From Alkanindiges sp. WGS2144 (GTDB lineage: Bacteria > Pseudomonadota > Gammaproteobacteria > Pseudomonadales > Moraxellaceae): DNA of 32,000 bases. The translations under genes and the position numbers were made by a program. The stretch is taken from the NCBI RefSeq assembly GCF_043950625.1, contig NZ_CP171007.1. One strand, given 5' to 3'. The notes under the pieces are model-generated. The model ran no database searches and was not told the origin of the DNA. It was given only the letters and a program-made list of their open reading frames with translations. Each line of letters starts with the position of its first letter. The first letter of the stretch is position 1. This document shows positions 19,278 through 26,921 of this stretch, one piece after another.

Positions 19278-19742
19278 ATGGAGCTTGCGTTGCTACCATT
19301 AAGTCCTATCACACTAAGCCCGGTCAAACGTCGCATTGTCTACGTTTTAATCTTTGAAATTGTTGCCATTATTTTGTCTACATTGCTGCTTATGTTGCTT
19401 AGCGGTAGTAGTGTACAAGGTTCACTGCCGGTAGCAATAGCCATTTCGGTGATTGCTGTCATCTGGAATTATGTTTTTAATACTTTGTTTGAAGCCTGGG
19501 AGCGGCGCTACCGGGTGAGTGAGCGCCGCCTGAAAATTCGCATTGTGCATGCGGTAGGTTTTGAGTTTGGCTTACTGATATTGACCATTCCGTTGTATAT
19601 GCTGTGGTATCAGGTCGGGCTATGGCAGGCGCTGGTCATGGAAACTGCGCTGCTGGTATTTTTTTTATTTTATACCTTTATTTTTACCTGGCTGTTTGAT
19701 CTGGTGTTTGCTTTACCTCATACCAATAAATCCAGTGAATAA
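19278..19742 (+). CDS. PACE-family (AceI-like, bacterial transmembrane pair domain) efflux transporter, ~154 aa
   Basis: Two BTP repeats: KRRIVYVLIFEIVAIILSTLLL...WNYVFNTLFE and IRIVHAVGFEFGLLILTIPL...YTFIFTWLFD. These resemble A. baumannii AceI (KRRLIHAISYEG..., RILHAIGFEGGLL...). The start is uncertain: ATG 19278 is preferred, and in-frame alternatives are ATG 19233, GTG 19191 and TTG 19290. Confidence 0.75.
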   Translation: MELALLPLSPITLSPVKRRIVYVLIFEIVAIILSTLLLMLLSGSSVQGSLPVAIAISVIAVIWNYVFNTLFEAWERRYRVSERRLKIRIVHAVGFEFGLLILTIPLYMLWYQVGLWQALVMETALLVFFLFYTFIFTWLFDLVFALPHTNKSSE

Positions 19743-19766
19743 TATCTGGACAGTGGGGCTTGAGTC

Positions 19767-19804
19767 GCAGCAACCTCCTTGATCAGGATAAGTTGCTGCT
19801 TTAT
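19767..19804. terminator. Hairpin between the convergent PACE and reductase genes (likely bidirectional terminator)
   Basis: gcagcaac (19767-19774) / gttgctgc (19792-19799), followed by TTTAT on the + strand. Confidence 0.5.
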
Positions 19805-19807
19805 GAT

Positions 19808-22366
19808 TTAATACACATCTCGCCGGTAGCGGTTTTCTATAATCAGTTGTTCCATTAGATTTTCTCCCAGCAATTGGGTGAGGATCTGATCAATGGCAGG
19901 TGCCATGCCTTCAATGCTGCCGCATACATAAATGGAAGCGCCTTGTGCTACCCATGTTTTAAGCAGTTCGGCTTGTGCGGCCAGACGGTGTTGTACATAT
20001 AGCCGTTCCTTCTGGTCGCGCGAAAAAGCCAGATCCAGATGTTGCAGGTGATGATGCGCTAGCCAGCTTTGGAGTTGATCGGCAAAGAAAAAATCATGGT
20101 CACGCTGTCGCTCACCAAAAATTAGCCAGTTACAGTTAAAACCATGTCGCTCACGGTCTTTTAGAATACTCATTAATCCAGCAATGCCTGTACCGTTACC
20201 AATCAGAATAACCGGGCGGTTATCATCCGGAGCGTGGAAGCTTTCGTTAGTACGGATGCGCAGGTGGATGGGTTGTTGCAAGGCAGCATACGCAGTAAGC
20301 CAGCCTGAGCCCAGGCCCAAGCCTTCACCAGTTTGCGATTGACGTATGACCAGTCCCAGATACCCATCCTGTGGAATAGAAGCAATGGAGTATTCACGCG
20401 TAGGCAGGCTGGGCAGTTGCTCCACCAGTTGTTGGGCATTTAAGCTGCTCATGTCTTGTGTACGCAGATTTAGGTAACGCAAGGCATCAAATAAGCGGAT
20501 GTGATGACCATGCTGCTGTACGGCAATATTGGCACTGAGCTGGTATGTGTCAATAAAAGTCTGAATTGCTTGATCACTATTGCCGGGTTGAATTTCGGCA
20601 ATGTCACCTGCTTTCCAGACCGCTTCATGCGTAGCATGCAGGCGAATGTCAAAAGCGGGTTCACCCAGGCTGCCAGGGTTAAGCAGAGTGCGCTGGACAA
20701 GCTGCCAGTCATCAAATACTTTTTCTACAATCACTGAATCAAGTTGTTGCCGGGTGACCTGTCTTAATGCCTGGTTCCAGAGTAACAAATCGTCAGTGCT
20801 GCCATTATTCACTGTAATCAGCTCAAATAGGGGGTTGGCATTGGATTGCGTGAGCCATTGATCAAGCTGTCTGCCAAAATCACAATAAGTATGCGGGTAC
20901 TCACGGTCACCCAGCGCCAGTACCGCGTAGTTCAACTGTTCCAGTTCCAGCGGTATTTTAAGCTGTTTTCTGGCAAACAGGCGGGCATGATCCGGTGGTT
21001 CGCCTTGTCCATAAGTGCTGACTACAAACAGGACATTTGTGGTTGATTTGAGCTGTTCAATATTGAGCTGATCAATGGCAATGACCTGCGCCGGAAAGTT
21101 CGCCTGTTGCAGGCTTTTTGCGGTGCTCCATGCCATTTGCTCGGCAAATCCAGTCTGGCTGGCGTAGACAATCAGCCAAGGTGCCTGATCGCCGGAAGGT
21201 ATGCTGGCCAGTTGCTGTGCGGCCAAGGTAAGTTTTTTTTGCTTGCGCTGTTTGAGGTACAACATCCAGCCAGTAATAAAAAACAGCGGCATGCTCAGGG
21301 CAGCCAGCATGGTTAAAAACTGCCAGACCGGGCCAAAAAAACTCCCCCGGTGTACGGGTAACAGGCCAGCAGCAAGTTGAGCGTTGAGCGGTTTGTCTTT
21401 ATAAAAGCTTAATTCTTCAACCTGCTGCTTGACAACATTATATTTGAGCATATTGCGGGCGCGTTCATGCTGTGGGATGGCATCAACAAATGTAATTTCA
21501 ATGCGGGTGGTGTTGTGAGCTGGAATCTTGAAACTGGCAGTTGAGTAACTGGATACCTGATCATTAAAAGCCTGCCAGCTTTGATCCAGCATTGCAGGAA
21601 CAGTGATATCACTATCTGCGGATTGGGCATCCGGCAGCTTAGGGCGCGGTTGCGTTTGCTCAGTACCCAGCGCGGTATAGACTGCGGTGCGATACCAGCT
21701 ATACGACCAGGTTAGGCCAGTTAGAGCCAGTAACAGGTAAAAAATAATCACCCAGGTGCCTACCACAGCGTGCAGGTTCCATAAAAAACTGCGGCCAGAC
21801 CGATTTTTCTTAATGAATAACCACTCTTTCATCGTACTGTTGCGGGGCCAGCGCAGGTAAATGCCACTTAGCACAAAATAAATGAGTGCAATAGCACTAA
21901 TACCAGTCAACTGTTTGCCATACTGGCGCCACTGCTCGGGATGATCACTCCACAGTTTGGCAAACTCGCCCAATGCCAGATAGCGGTGGATATTTTCAAC
22001 CAGCTTAAAAAAATCCTCGCTTTTTGCCGCTGGCAAACGTTCAGCTGTATAAGGATTAATCCGGTAGGTTTTGCCCCGGCGGCTTCCATCATCAAAGTTA
22101 ACGCTGGCTGCCTGAGTTGCTGAACCAGTCACGGTAATACTATTTATTTTCTGGTGGGGGTACTGGCTGCTTAGGGTTTTATACAGCTGTGCCGGGTTAA
22201 GTACCGGACTTGCCTGCGCCTGAACTTCAAAGCTAGCTGGATGAATGGCGCGGGTAATCTGTTTTTCATAGGAAAATAAAGCCCCAGTTACCCCCATAAT
22301 GGATAAAATCAAACCGGCAGTGATACCAAAAAACCAGTGCAGCTGGAACAGGATTTTTTTAGGCAT
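19808..22366 (-). CDS. PiuB-like fusion protein: N-terminal PepSY-associated TM domain + flavodoxin-like FMN domain + FAD/NAD(P)H ferredoxin-reductase domain (CysJ-like), 852 aa
   Basis: N-terminus: 4 TM helices, each near a His (QLHWFFG, NIHRYLALG, NLHAVVG, LPVHRGSFFG). Middle: WLIVYASQTGFAEQMA...VLFVVSTYGQGEPPD (flavodoxin). C-terminus: REYSIASIP (RxYS FAD motif), PVILIGNGTGIAGLMS (NADPH site) and YVCGSIEGMAPAI. Confidence 0.85.
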   Translation of the reverse strand: MPKKILFQLHWFFGITAGLILSIMGVTGALFSYEKQITRAIHPASFEVQAQASPVLNPAQLYKTLSSQYPHQKINSITVTGSATQAASVNFDDGSRRGKTYRINPYTAERLPAAKSEDFFKLVENIHRYLALGEFAKLWSDHPEQWRQYGKQLTGISAIALIYFVLSGIYLRWPRNSTMKEWLFIKKNRSGRSFLWNLHAVVGTWVIIFYLLLALTGLTWSYSWYRTAVYTALGTEQTQPRPKLPDAQSADSDITVPAMLDQSWQAFNDQVSSYSTASFKIPAHNTTRIEITFVDAIPQHERARNMLKYNVVKQQVEELSFYKDKPLNAQLAAGLLPVHRGSFFGPVWQFLTMLAALSMPLFFITGWMLYLKQRKQKKLTLAAQQLASIPSGDQAPWLIVYASQTGFAEQMAWSTAKSLQQANFPAQVIAIDQLNIEQLKSTTNVLFVVSTYGQGEPPDHARLFARKQLKIPLELEQLNYAVLALGDREYPHTYCDFGRQLDQWLTQSNANPLFELITVNNGSTDDLLLWNQALRQVTRQQLDSVIVEKVFDDWQLVQRTLLNPGSLGEPAFDIRLHATHEAVWKAGDIAEIQPGNSDQAIQTFIDTYQLSANIAVQQHGHHIRLFDALRYLNLRTQDMSSLNAQQLVEQLPSLPTREYSIASIPQDGYLGLVIRQSQTGEGLGLGSGWLTAYAALQQPIHLRIRTNESFHAPDDNRPVILIGNGTGIAGLMSILKDRERHGFNCNWLIFGERQRDHDFFFADQLQSWLAHHHLQHLDLAFSRDQKERLYVQHRLAAQAELLKTWVAQGASIYVCGSIEGMAPAIDQILTQLLGENLMEQLIIENRYRRDVY

Positions 22367-22417
22367 GTGATGAAGAGATAAACGACAAGAATAGAGTAAT
22401 TATAGCGGAAATCAATT

Positions 22418-22436
22418 GAGAATGATTAATATTTGC
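22418..22436. promoter_or_regulatory. Candidate Fur box overlapping the -35 region of the reductase promoter
   Basis: GAGAATGATTAATATTTGC matches 13/19 positions of GATAATGATAATCATTATC. On the minus strand a TATAAT (22404-22399) lies 13 nt downstream of the box and 32 nt upstream of the ATG (22366). Confidence 0.45.
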
Positions 22437-22523
22437 GTTTTGTTTAAAGAGATTATTTTAAAATATCAGCCAGAAAACGAGTAAAAATTGCTGGTTATAT
22501 GGAGACAGTTAGCCTGTTTTGGA

Positions 22524-22560
22524 TAAAAAAAGCCGCTTACAGTGAGCAAGTGGCTTTTTA
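22524..22560 (-). terminator. Intrinsic terminator of the YcxB-like gene
   Basis: gccgctt (22532-22538) / aagtggc (22549-22555), with one G-U pair. On the minus strand the hairpin is followed by TTTTTTT (complement of the A-run 22525-22531). Confidence 0.6.
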
Positions 22561-22575
22561 CCAAACCTATGGATT

Positions 22576-23127
22576 TTACTTGGCAGGACCTACCACTTCA
22601 TTGAGGTGTTTGCGGATAGTATTAAACGAAAAGTTTTGTGAATCCATACGCTTGGGTAAAATGTGGGCACCTTGCTGTCCCTTTACCCTGAAATTTAAAA
22701 ATAAAAAGTTGGGATGATCCTGCCATTCATTAATATCTTTCCAGCTAATCACACCACGGGCTTCTTGCATGCCCATACGTTGAATCATGACCAGACCCTG
22801 CGGCTGTACACCCATTTTGATGCCTTTGATATCATCAATAAGTTCCTGATCCAGCTTGCGTTTCACATACCATTCCAGGCCAAAGCGGCGGATCAGCAAG
22901 TAGAGTCCGACACCAACCAGCATCAGCCAGAATACCAACGTGGAATAGTTCTTAACCAGCGCCAGGCCAATGATTGCAATAGCAACAATAATGCCCAGAA
23001 CAATCCAGGTTTTTTTACTGATGGTGTTGGTTTTTCGCCAAATGGCAAGCTGGGCAGTACGCTGTTCGGCTTCTGACAGCTCAAAGGGCACTGGCTGTAG
23101 TGTGTAGGGATAGAGGTTTTTGGCCAT
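22576..23127 (-). CDS. Membrane protein with two TM helices and a C-terminal YcxB-like domain, 183 aa (function unknown)
   Basis: TWIVLGIIVAIAIIGLALV and LVFWLMLVGVGLYLLI form a TM hairpin, followed by a ~90-aa soluble domain (GLVMIQRMGMQEARGVISWKDINEWQDHPNFLFLNF...AHILPKR) that resembles YcxB-type proteins. The assignment is from memory of the family and no SD was seen. Confidence 0.5.
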   Translation of the reverse strand: MAKNLYPYTLQPVPFELSEAEQRTAQLAIWRKTNTISKKTWIVLGIIVAIAIIGLALVKNYSTLVFWLMLVGVGLYLLIRRFGLEWYVKRKLDQELIDDIKGIKMGVQPQGLVMIQRMGMQEARGVISWKDINEWQDHPNFLFLNFRVKGQQGAHILPKRMDSQNFSFNTIRKHLNEVVGPAK

Positions 23128-23421
23128 AGTCAGGAAAATCGTAGTGAAAAAGGACGTATGTAATAAAGAGCAGTAAAAAATCAGCTGGTAGACAGCCTTT
23201 GTATATTAGCCCAAAACCGGTTTAATCTAAAGCTGCTATTGTATAGAGGTGTCTAAAGACTGATAGCAGAAAATTTGTAAAAAAATAGTTTTAAAAGCCA
23301 GGGAACAATGCTATTAACTGTTAAAAAAGGATGCAATAAACCTGCCGTTAGATGATCATAGAAGAAGCGGCAAATCTGGCATGGAAGCGGACAGGGTAAA
23401 TGAGGGAAACAGGGGGGGGAA

Positions 23422-23880
23422 ATGGTCAATACCATTAGTCGTGGACTGAGATATTTATTTGTGCTGCTGCTGGCACTGTTAAGTCTATTTATTTATAAAC
23501 TGGCACTTCAACCCGCCATTCACCAGTTTTATGAAGCCAGGCCTGTCATGCTGCTGGCCTATGGTTTGGTGCTGGTGGCAGCACTGGTTGATGCGGTACT
23601 GTTAGGCAGCCTGCTATTACGGTTTTTTGCTACCAGCCTGCGTTCGACCGGGGCGGTAATCAGCGTAATGGTGTTGCTGTATTGTATGCAGATGTCATGG
23701 CTTAGCCCATGGTCACATATTGCATTCTGGACAGTCGTGTTTGTGAGCTATGTGAGCGTTGGGGCGGCAGTGCTCTGGCTGGGACAGCGCTTGAGTTCCC
23801 GTATGTATGCAGACTCATACAATGATGACCATCATGCTGATCATTTAAAAGAGCAACAAGTCCTGACGGGCGAGCACTAG
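23422..23880 (+). CDS. Hypothetical 4-TM membrane protein with acidic/His-rich C-terminal tail, 152 aa
   Basis: ATG 23422 is preceded by a G-rich SD (GGGGGGGGA). It has four hydrophobic segments and the tail YADSYNDDHHADHLKEQQVLTGEH. No family recognised. Confidence 0.5.
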   Translation: MVNTISRGLRYLFVLLLALLSLFIYKLALQPAIHQFYEARPVMLLAYGLVLVAALVDAVLLGSLLLRFFATSLRSTGAVISVMVLLYCMQMSWLSPWSHIAFWTVVFVSYVSVGAAVLWLGQRLSSRMYADSYNDDHHADHLKEQQVLTGEH

Positions 23881-24132
23881 CCTGCGCCTATGCTGGCTTA
23901 CGTATTGCCGCATCGCAACAAGCCCAGTTGACTGCAATAGGGCATTAAAGGCATTTAATTATTTATAACTGTACACTGTTATTGGCTAAAACTAGATGTC
24001 TGGTTATAAAAGCAATGGTGAGCAAACCTTGCTTATTCACTGATTTTAACTATATCTCATCAAGATATTGCTTAGACAGTTGAATATTCAGCTTAAAATA
24101 AGTTTCTTTTCCTTTAAGCCCGTACCTGAACA

Positions 24133-25398
24133 ATGACGCAGCCTGCTACCCATTCTGGTTCTTCTCCTTCGTTGCCGCCTGCATCCCGACCCTATGCCAT
24201 GCGCTGGATTGTTATTCTGGCATTACTCACTGCACTTGGTCCATTATCAATTGACATGTATCTACCTGCGCTGCCGGTCATGGCAACTGATCTGGCCGTG
24301 GATACCGCAGTGGTGGCCAACAGCCTGCCTGCCTATTTCTTTGGTCTGGCACTGGGGCAGTTGATTTATGGACCTATTAGTGACCGGATTGGCCGTAAGC
24401 TTCCACTGTATTTTGGTTTGAGCCTATTTGTGGTGGCAAGTCTGGCCTGTACCTTTGCTGGTGATATTGCGGTGTTATTTGTGGCACGCTTTTTTCAGGC
24501 GTTGGGAGGATGTGTGGGTGTGGTGATGGCGCGTGCAGCGATACGCGATACGTTAAGCGTTGCTGACTCTGCCCAGGCATACTCCATGTTGATGCTGGTG
24601 ATGGGAGTGGCCCCTATTTTAGCACCGATGCTGGGCAGTGCCCTGCTATTATGGACGGGCTGGCAGGGTATTTTTGCTTTGTTAGTGGCTGTGGGAGTGA
24701 TCTGTTTATTGCTGGTGCATTTTTATTTTAAGGAAAGCTTGGCACCACAAGCACGGCGCCATCTGACGGTCAGCCAGGTATTTAGTACTTACTGGGATTT
24801 ACTCAAAGATCATCGTTTTCGTACTCCTGCGTTGGCAGGTGGTCTGCTGGGTGCCGCCATGTTTACCTATATTAGCGCGGCCTCTGAGTTGTTTATTGAC
24901 CATTTTGGTGTGTCGGCACAGCATTTTGCCTGGATTTTTGGCTTAAATGCACTGGGTCTGATTATTCTGTCGCAGTTGAATGGCCGACTGGTAAAGCGGG
25001 TTGGATTATTGCGCCTGCTGCATGTAGGAGCCAGTATTCAAAGCTTTGGCGCCCTGTTCCTGCTTGCACTGGCATTAAGTGGCCACAGCACATTATGGAC
25101 AACCATGTTTGGCCTGTTTTGTGTGGTGTCGGGGGTTGGGTTTACCGGACCCAATGCAACGGCAATAGCGCTTGCAGCACAGGGGCAGCGTGCAGGCATG
25201 GCCAGTGCGCTGGTCGGTGCTTTGCAGTTTGGTTTTGGCCTGCTGGCGGGTCTGGCATTGTACGTTTTGCCTATGGATTTAACCCTTGCCATGAGTACAG
25301 TGATTATTGTGTTAATTGGGGTAGGGTTAACCGCAGTGTATGTGCTGCGCTGGCGTGAGCATAAGGTATTGCCACCGCTACCACCAACAGGTGCCTGA
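24133..25398 (+). CDS. Bcr/CflA-family (DHA1) MFS multidrug efflux transporter, 421 aa, intact
   Basis: LGPLSIDMYLPALP, GQLIYGPISDRIGRKLPL (MFS motif A) and FFQALGGCVGVVMARAAIRD, with 12 TM segments. Confidence 0.85.
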   Translation: MTQPATHSGSSPSLPPASRPYAMRWIVILALLTALGPLSIDMYLPALPVMATDLAVDTAVVANSLPAYFFGLALGQLIYGPISDRIGRKLPLYFGLSLFVVASLACTFAGDIAVLFVARFFQALGGCVGVVMARAAIRDTLSVADSAQAYSMLMLVMGVAPILAPMLGSALLLWTGWQGIFALLVAVGVICLLLVHFYFKESLAPQARRHLTVSQVFSTYWDLLKDHRFRTPALAGGLLGAAMFTYISAASELFIDHFGVSAQHFAWIFGLNALGLIILSQLNGRLVKRVGLLRLLHVGASIQSFGALFLLALALSGHSTLWTTMFGLFCVVSGVGFTGPNATAIALAAQGQRAGMASALVGALQFGFGLLAGLALYVLPMDLTLAMSTVIIVLIGVGLTAVYVLRWREHKVLPPLPPTGA

Positions 25399-25440
25399 TA
25401 GAGTGTGGCAAATAACAGGATTTTTTGGGATTACAGGTTT

Positions 25441-26667
25441 ATGGAATTTACGTTAAATGCCTATTATACCCTGATTAGCGCAGTCATCGTGCTACTGGTA
25501 GGGCGCTATCTGGTTAAAAAAGTCCGGTTTTTACGGGATTTTAATATTCCTGAGCCTGTGGCTGGTGGATTAGTGGCGGCCATTGGCCTGTTTATGCTGC
25601 ATCAGTTTACCGGTTATATGTTTAATTTTCATAAAGACCTGCAAAATGCCTTTATGCTGATCTTTTTTGCCTCAATTGGTTTGAGCGCCAATTTTGCCAA
25701 ACTCAAAGCAGGCGGGACTGGCCTGATTATTTTTTTAATGGTCATTGCGGCTTTTATTCTGATACAGGACCTGGCAGGTATTGGCCTGGCCAAGGCATTA
25801 GGTCTAGATCCATTGATTGGCCTGATCGCAGGTTCTATTACGCTGGTGGGTGGACATGGAACTGCCGGGGCATGGGGACAGGTACTGGAGCAGCAACATG
25901 GGGTCAAGGGCGCAATTACCTTGGGGATCGCCTGTGCTACCTTTGGGTTGGTGATTGGCGGTTTGATTGGTGGCCCTCTGGCGCGTCGCCTGATTAGCCG
26001 CCATCATTTGCGTTTGCCCACCTATAGCGCAATTGACCCAGCAATAGGTACAGCGGGGCAAAACGAAATTCTTGATTTTGAGCAGCCGCAAAAAGAGCGC
26101 CTGATTACCGCAACCAATGCCGTAGAGACATTGGCTTTGTTTGCTGCCTGTCTGGCTTTTGCTGATTTTATGACTGGTTTTGCCAAAGGCACGGCTTTTG
26201 AGTTGCCAACCTTTGTCTGGGCGCTGGCTGGTGGCGTGGTGGTGCGCAATTTTCTGGAATATGGCTTAAAGGTGAATATGTTTGACCGCGCCATTGATGT
26301 GTTTGGTAATGCCTCACTGTCACTATTTTTGGCCATGGCACTGCTATCCTTAAAGCTGTGGGAGCTGGCCGGACTGGCGGCACCGCTGATGATTATTCTG
26401 GCTGTACAAACGCTGGTGATGTTGCTATATGCTGGTTTTATCACGTTTTATGTGATGGGACGTGACTATGATGCGGCGGTACTGGCAGCCGGGCATTGTG
26501 GTTTTGGCATGGGTGCTACGCCCACTGCGATTGCCAATATGCAGGCTATTACCAATAAATATGGGCCATCGCACAAGGCGTTTTTGATTGTGCCCATGGT
26601 CGGTGCATTTTTTGTGGATATTATTAATGCGTCGGTGATTCAGGTGTTTATTAAAATTATTGGGTAG
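25441..26667 (+). CDS. gltS: Sodium/glutamate symporter
   Basis: Collinear with E. coli GltS: NIPEPVAGGL, GLDPLIGLIAGSITLVGGHGTAGAW, AAGHCGFGMGATPTAIANMQAITNKYGPSHKAFLIVPMVGAFFVDIINA. ATG 25441 is preferred to GTG 25405. Confidence 0.92.
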   Translation: MEFTLNAYYTLISAVIVLLVGRYLVKKVRFLRDFNIPEPVAGGLVAAIGLFMLHQFTGYMFNFHKDLQNAFMLIFFASIGLSANFAKLKAGGTGLIIFLMVIAAFILIQDLAGIGLAKALGLDPLIGLIAGSITLVGGHGTAGAWGQVLEQQHGVKGAITLGIACATFGLVIGGLIGGPLARRLISRHHLRLPTYSAIDPAIGTAGQNEILDFEQPQKERLITATNAVETLALFAACLAFADFMTGFAKGTAFELPTFVWALAGGVVVRNFLEYGLKVNMFDRAIDVFGNASLSLFLAMALLSLKLWELAGLAAPLMIILAVQTLVMLLYAGFITFYVMGRDYDAAVLAAGHCGFGMGATPTAIANMQAITNKYGPSHKAFLIVPMVGAFFVDIINASVIQVFIKIIG

Positions 26668-26921
26668 CAGCCACTTTTACCTAGCGATAGCAGTATTCAA
26701 TATACTTACTTAGTATATCAAGGCAGCCATTTTAGCAATTTAATCTAAAACGGTTTGCTGAATAATTCAAAGACGACTCAGGCTCACTATTCGGGGCAGG
26801 AGCATTTTTAATGTGATCATTGTGATGCGTTTTTCAGTATTTTGAGTTTAATTATAAACTTGCCATTACCGGAGTACACGAGGCTTTTTCCAGTAATGGC
26901 ATGGATTGAGTAGGCAATTAA

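Noticed and set aside
23965-23982. LexA/SOS-box-like sequence ATAACTGTACACTGTTAT upstream of the bcr-type gene.
   Set aside because: It reads CTGT...CTGT rather than CTGT...ACAG. Only the outer 5 bp and the central TGTACA are symmetric, so it is not a convincing SOS box.
26022-26444. 140-aa ORF antisense to gltS, and the other antisense ORFs in the track: 25629-25907 and 25804-26091 (gltS), 26965-27378 and 28071-28478 (gatB), the many 60-90-aa ORFs inside 19808-22366, 396-800 (pntB) and 31136-31480 (mreB).
   Set aside because: All lie wholly inside strongly supported genes on the opposite strand. Their products are low-complexity and Ser/Pro/Ala/Arg-rich, and they have no SD or promoter context. 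They are typical shadow ORFs of moderately GC-rich coding DNA.
26667-26735. Direct repeat GCAGCCA(C/T)TTTA (26667-26679 and 26723-26735) flanking an AT-rich hairpin (26700-26718) downstream of gltS.
   Set aside because: The repeats are short and imperfect, the hairpin is entirely A/T, and no target-site or terminal-inverted-repeat logic is apparent. This is most likely chance or a weak terminator region.
19001-26900. Genomic island inserted at the tRNA-Val 3' end (PACE, reductase, unknown membrane proteins, bcr, gltS follow the tRNA operon).
   Set aside because: I saw no integrase, recombinase or transposase, and no direct repeat of the tRNA-Val 3' end downstream. The content is ordinary chromosomal transporter genes.
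26863-26900. Possible gatB terminator: gccattaccgg / ccagtaatggc.
   Set aside because: The stem has a mismatch and a 16-nt loop, and the U-tract is poor. I do not think it is well enough supported to list as a feature.
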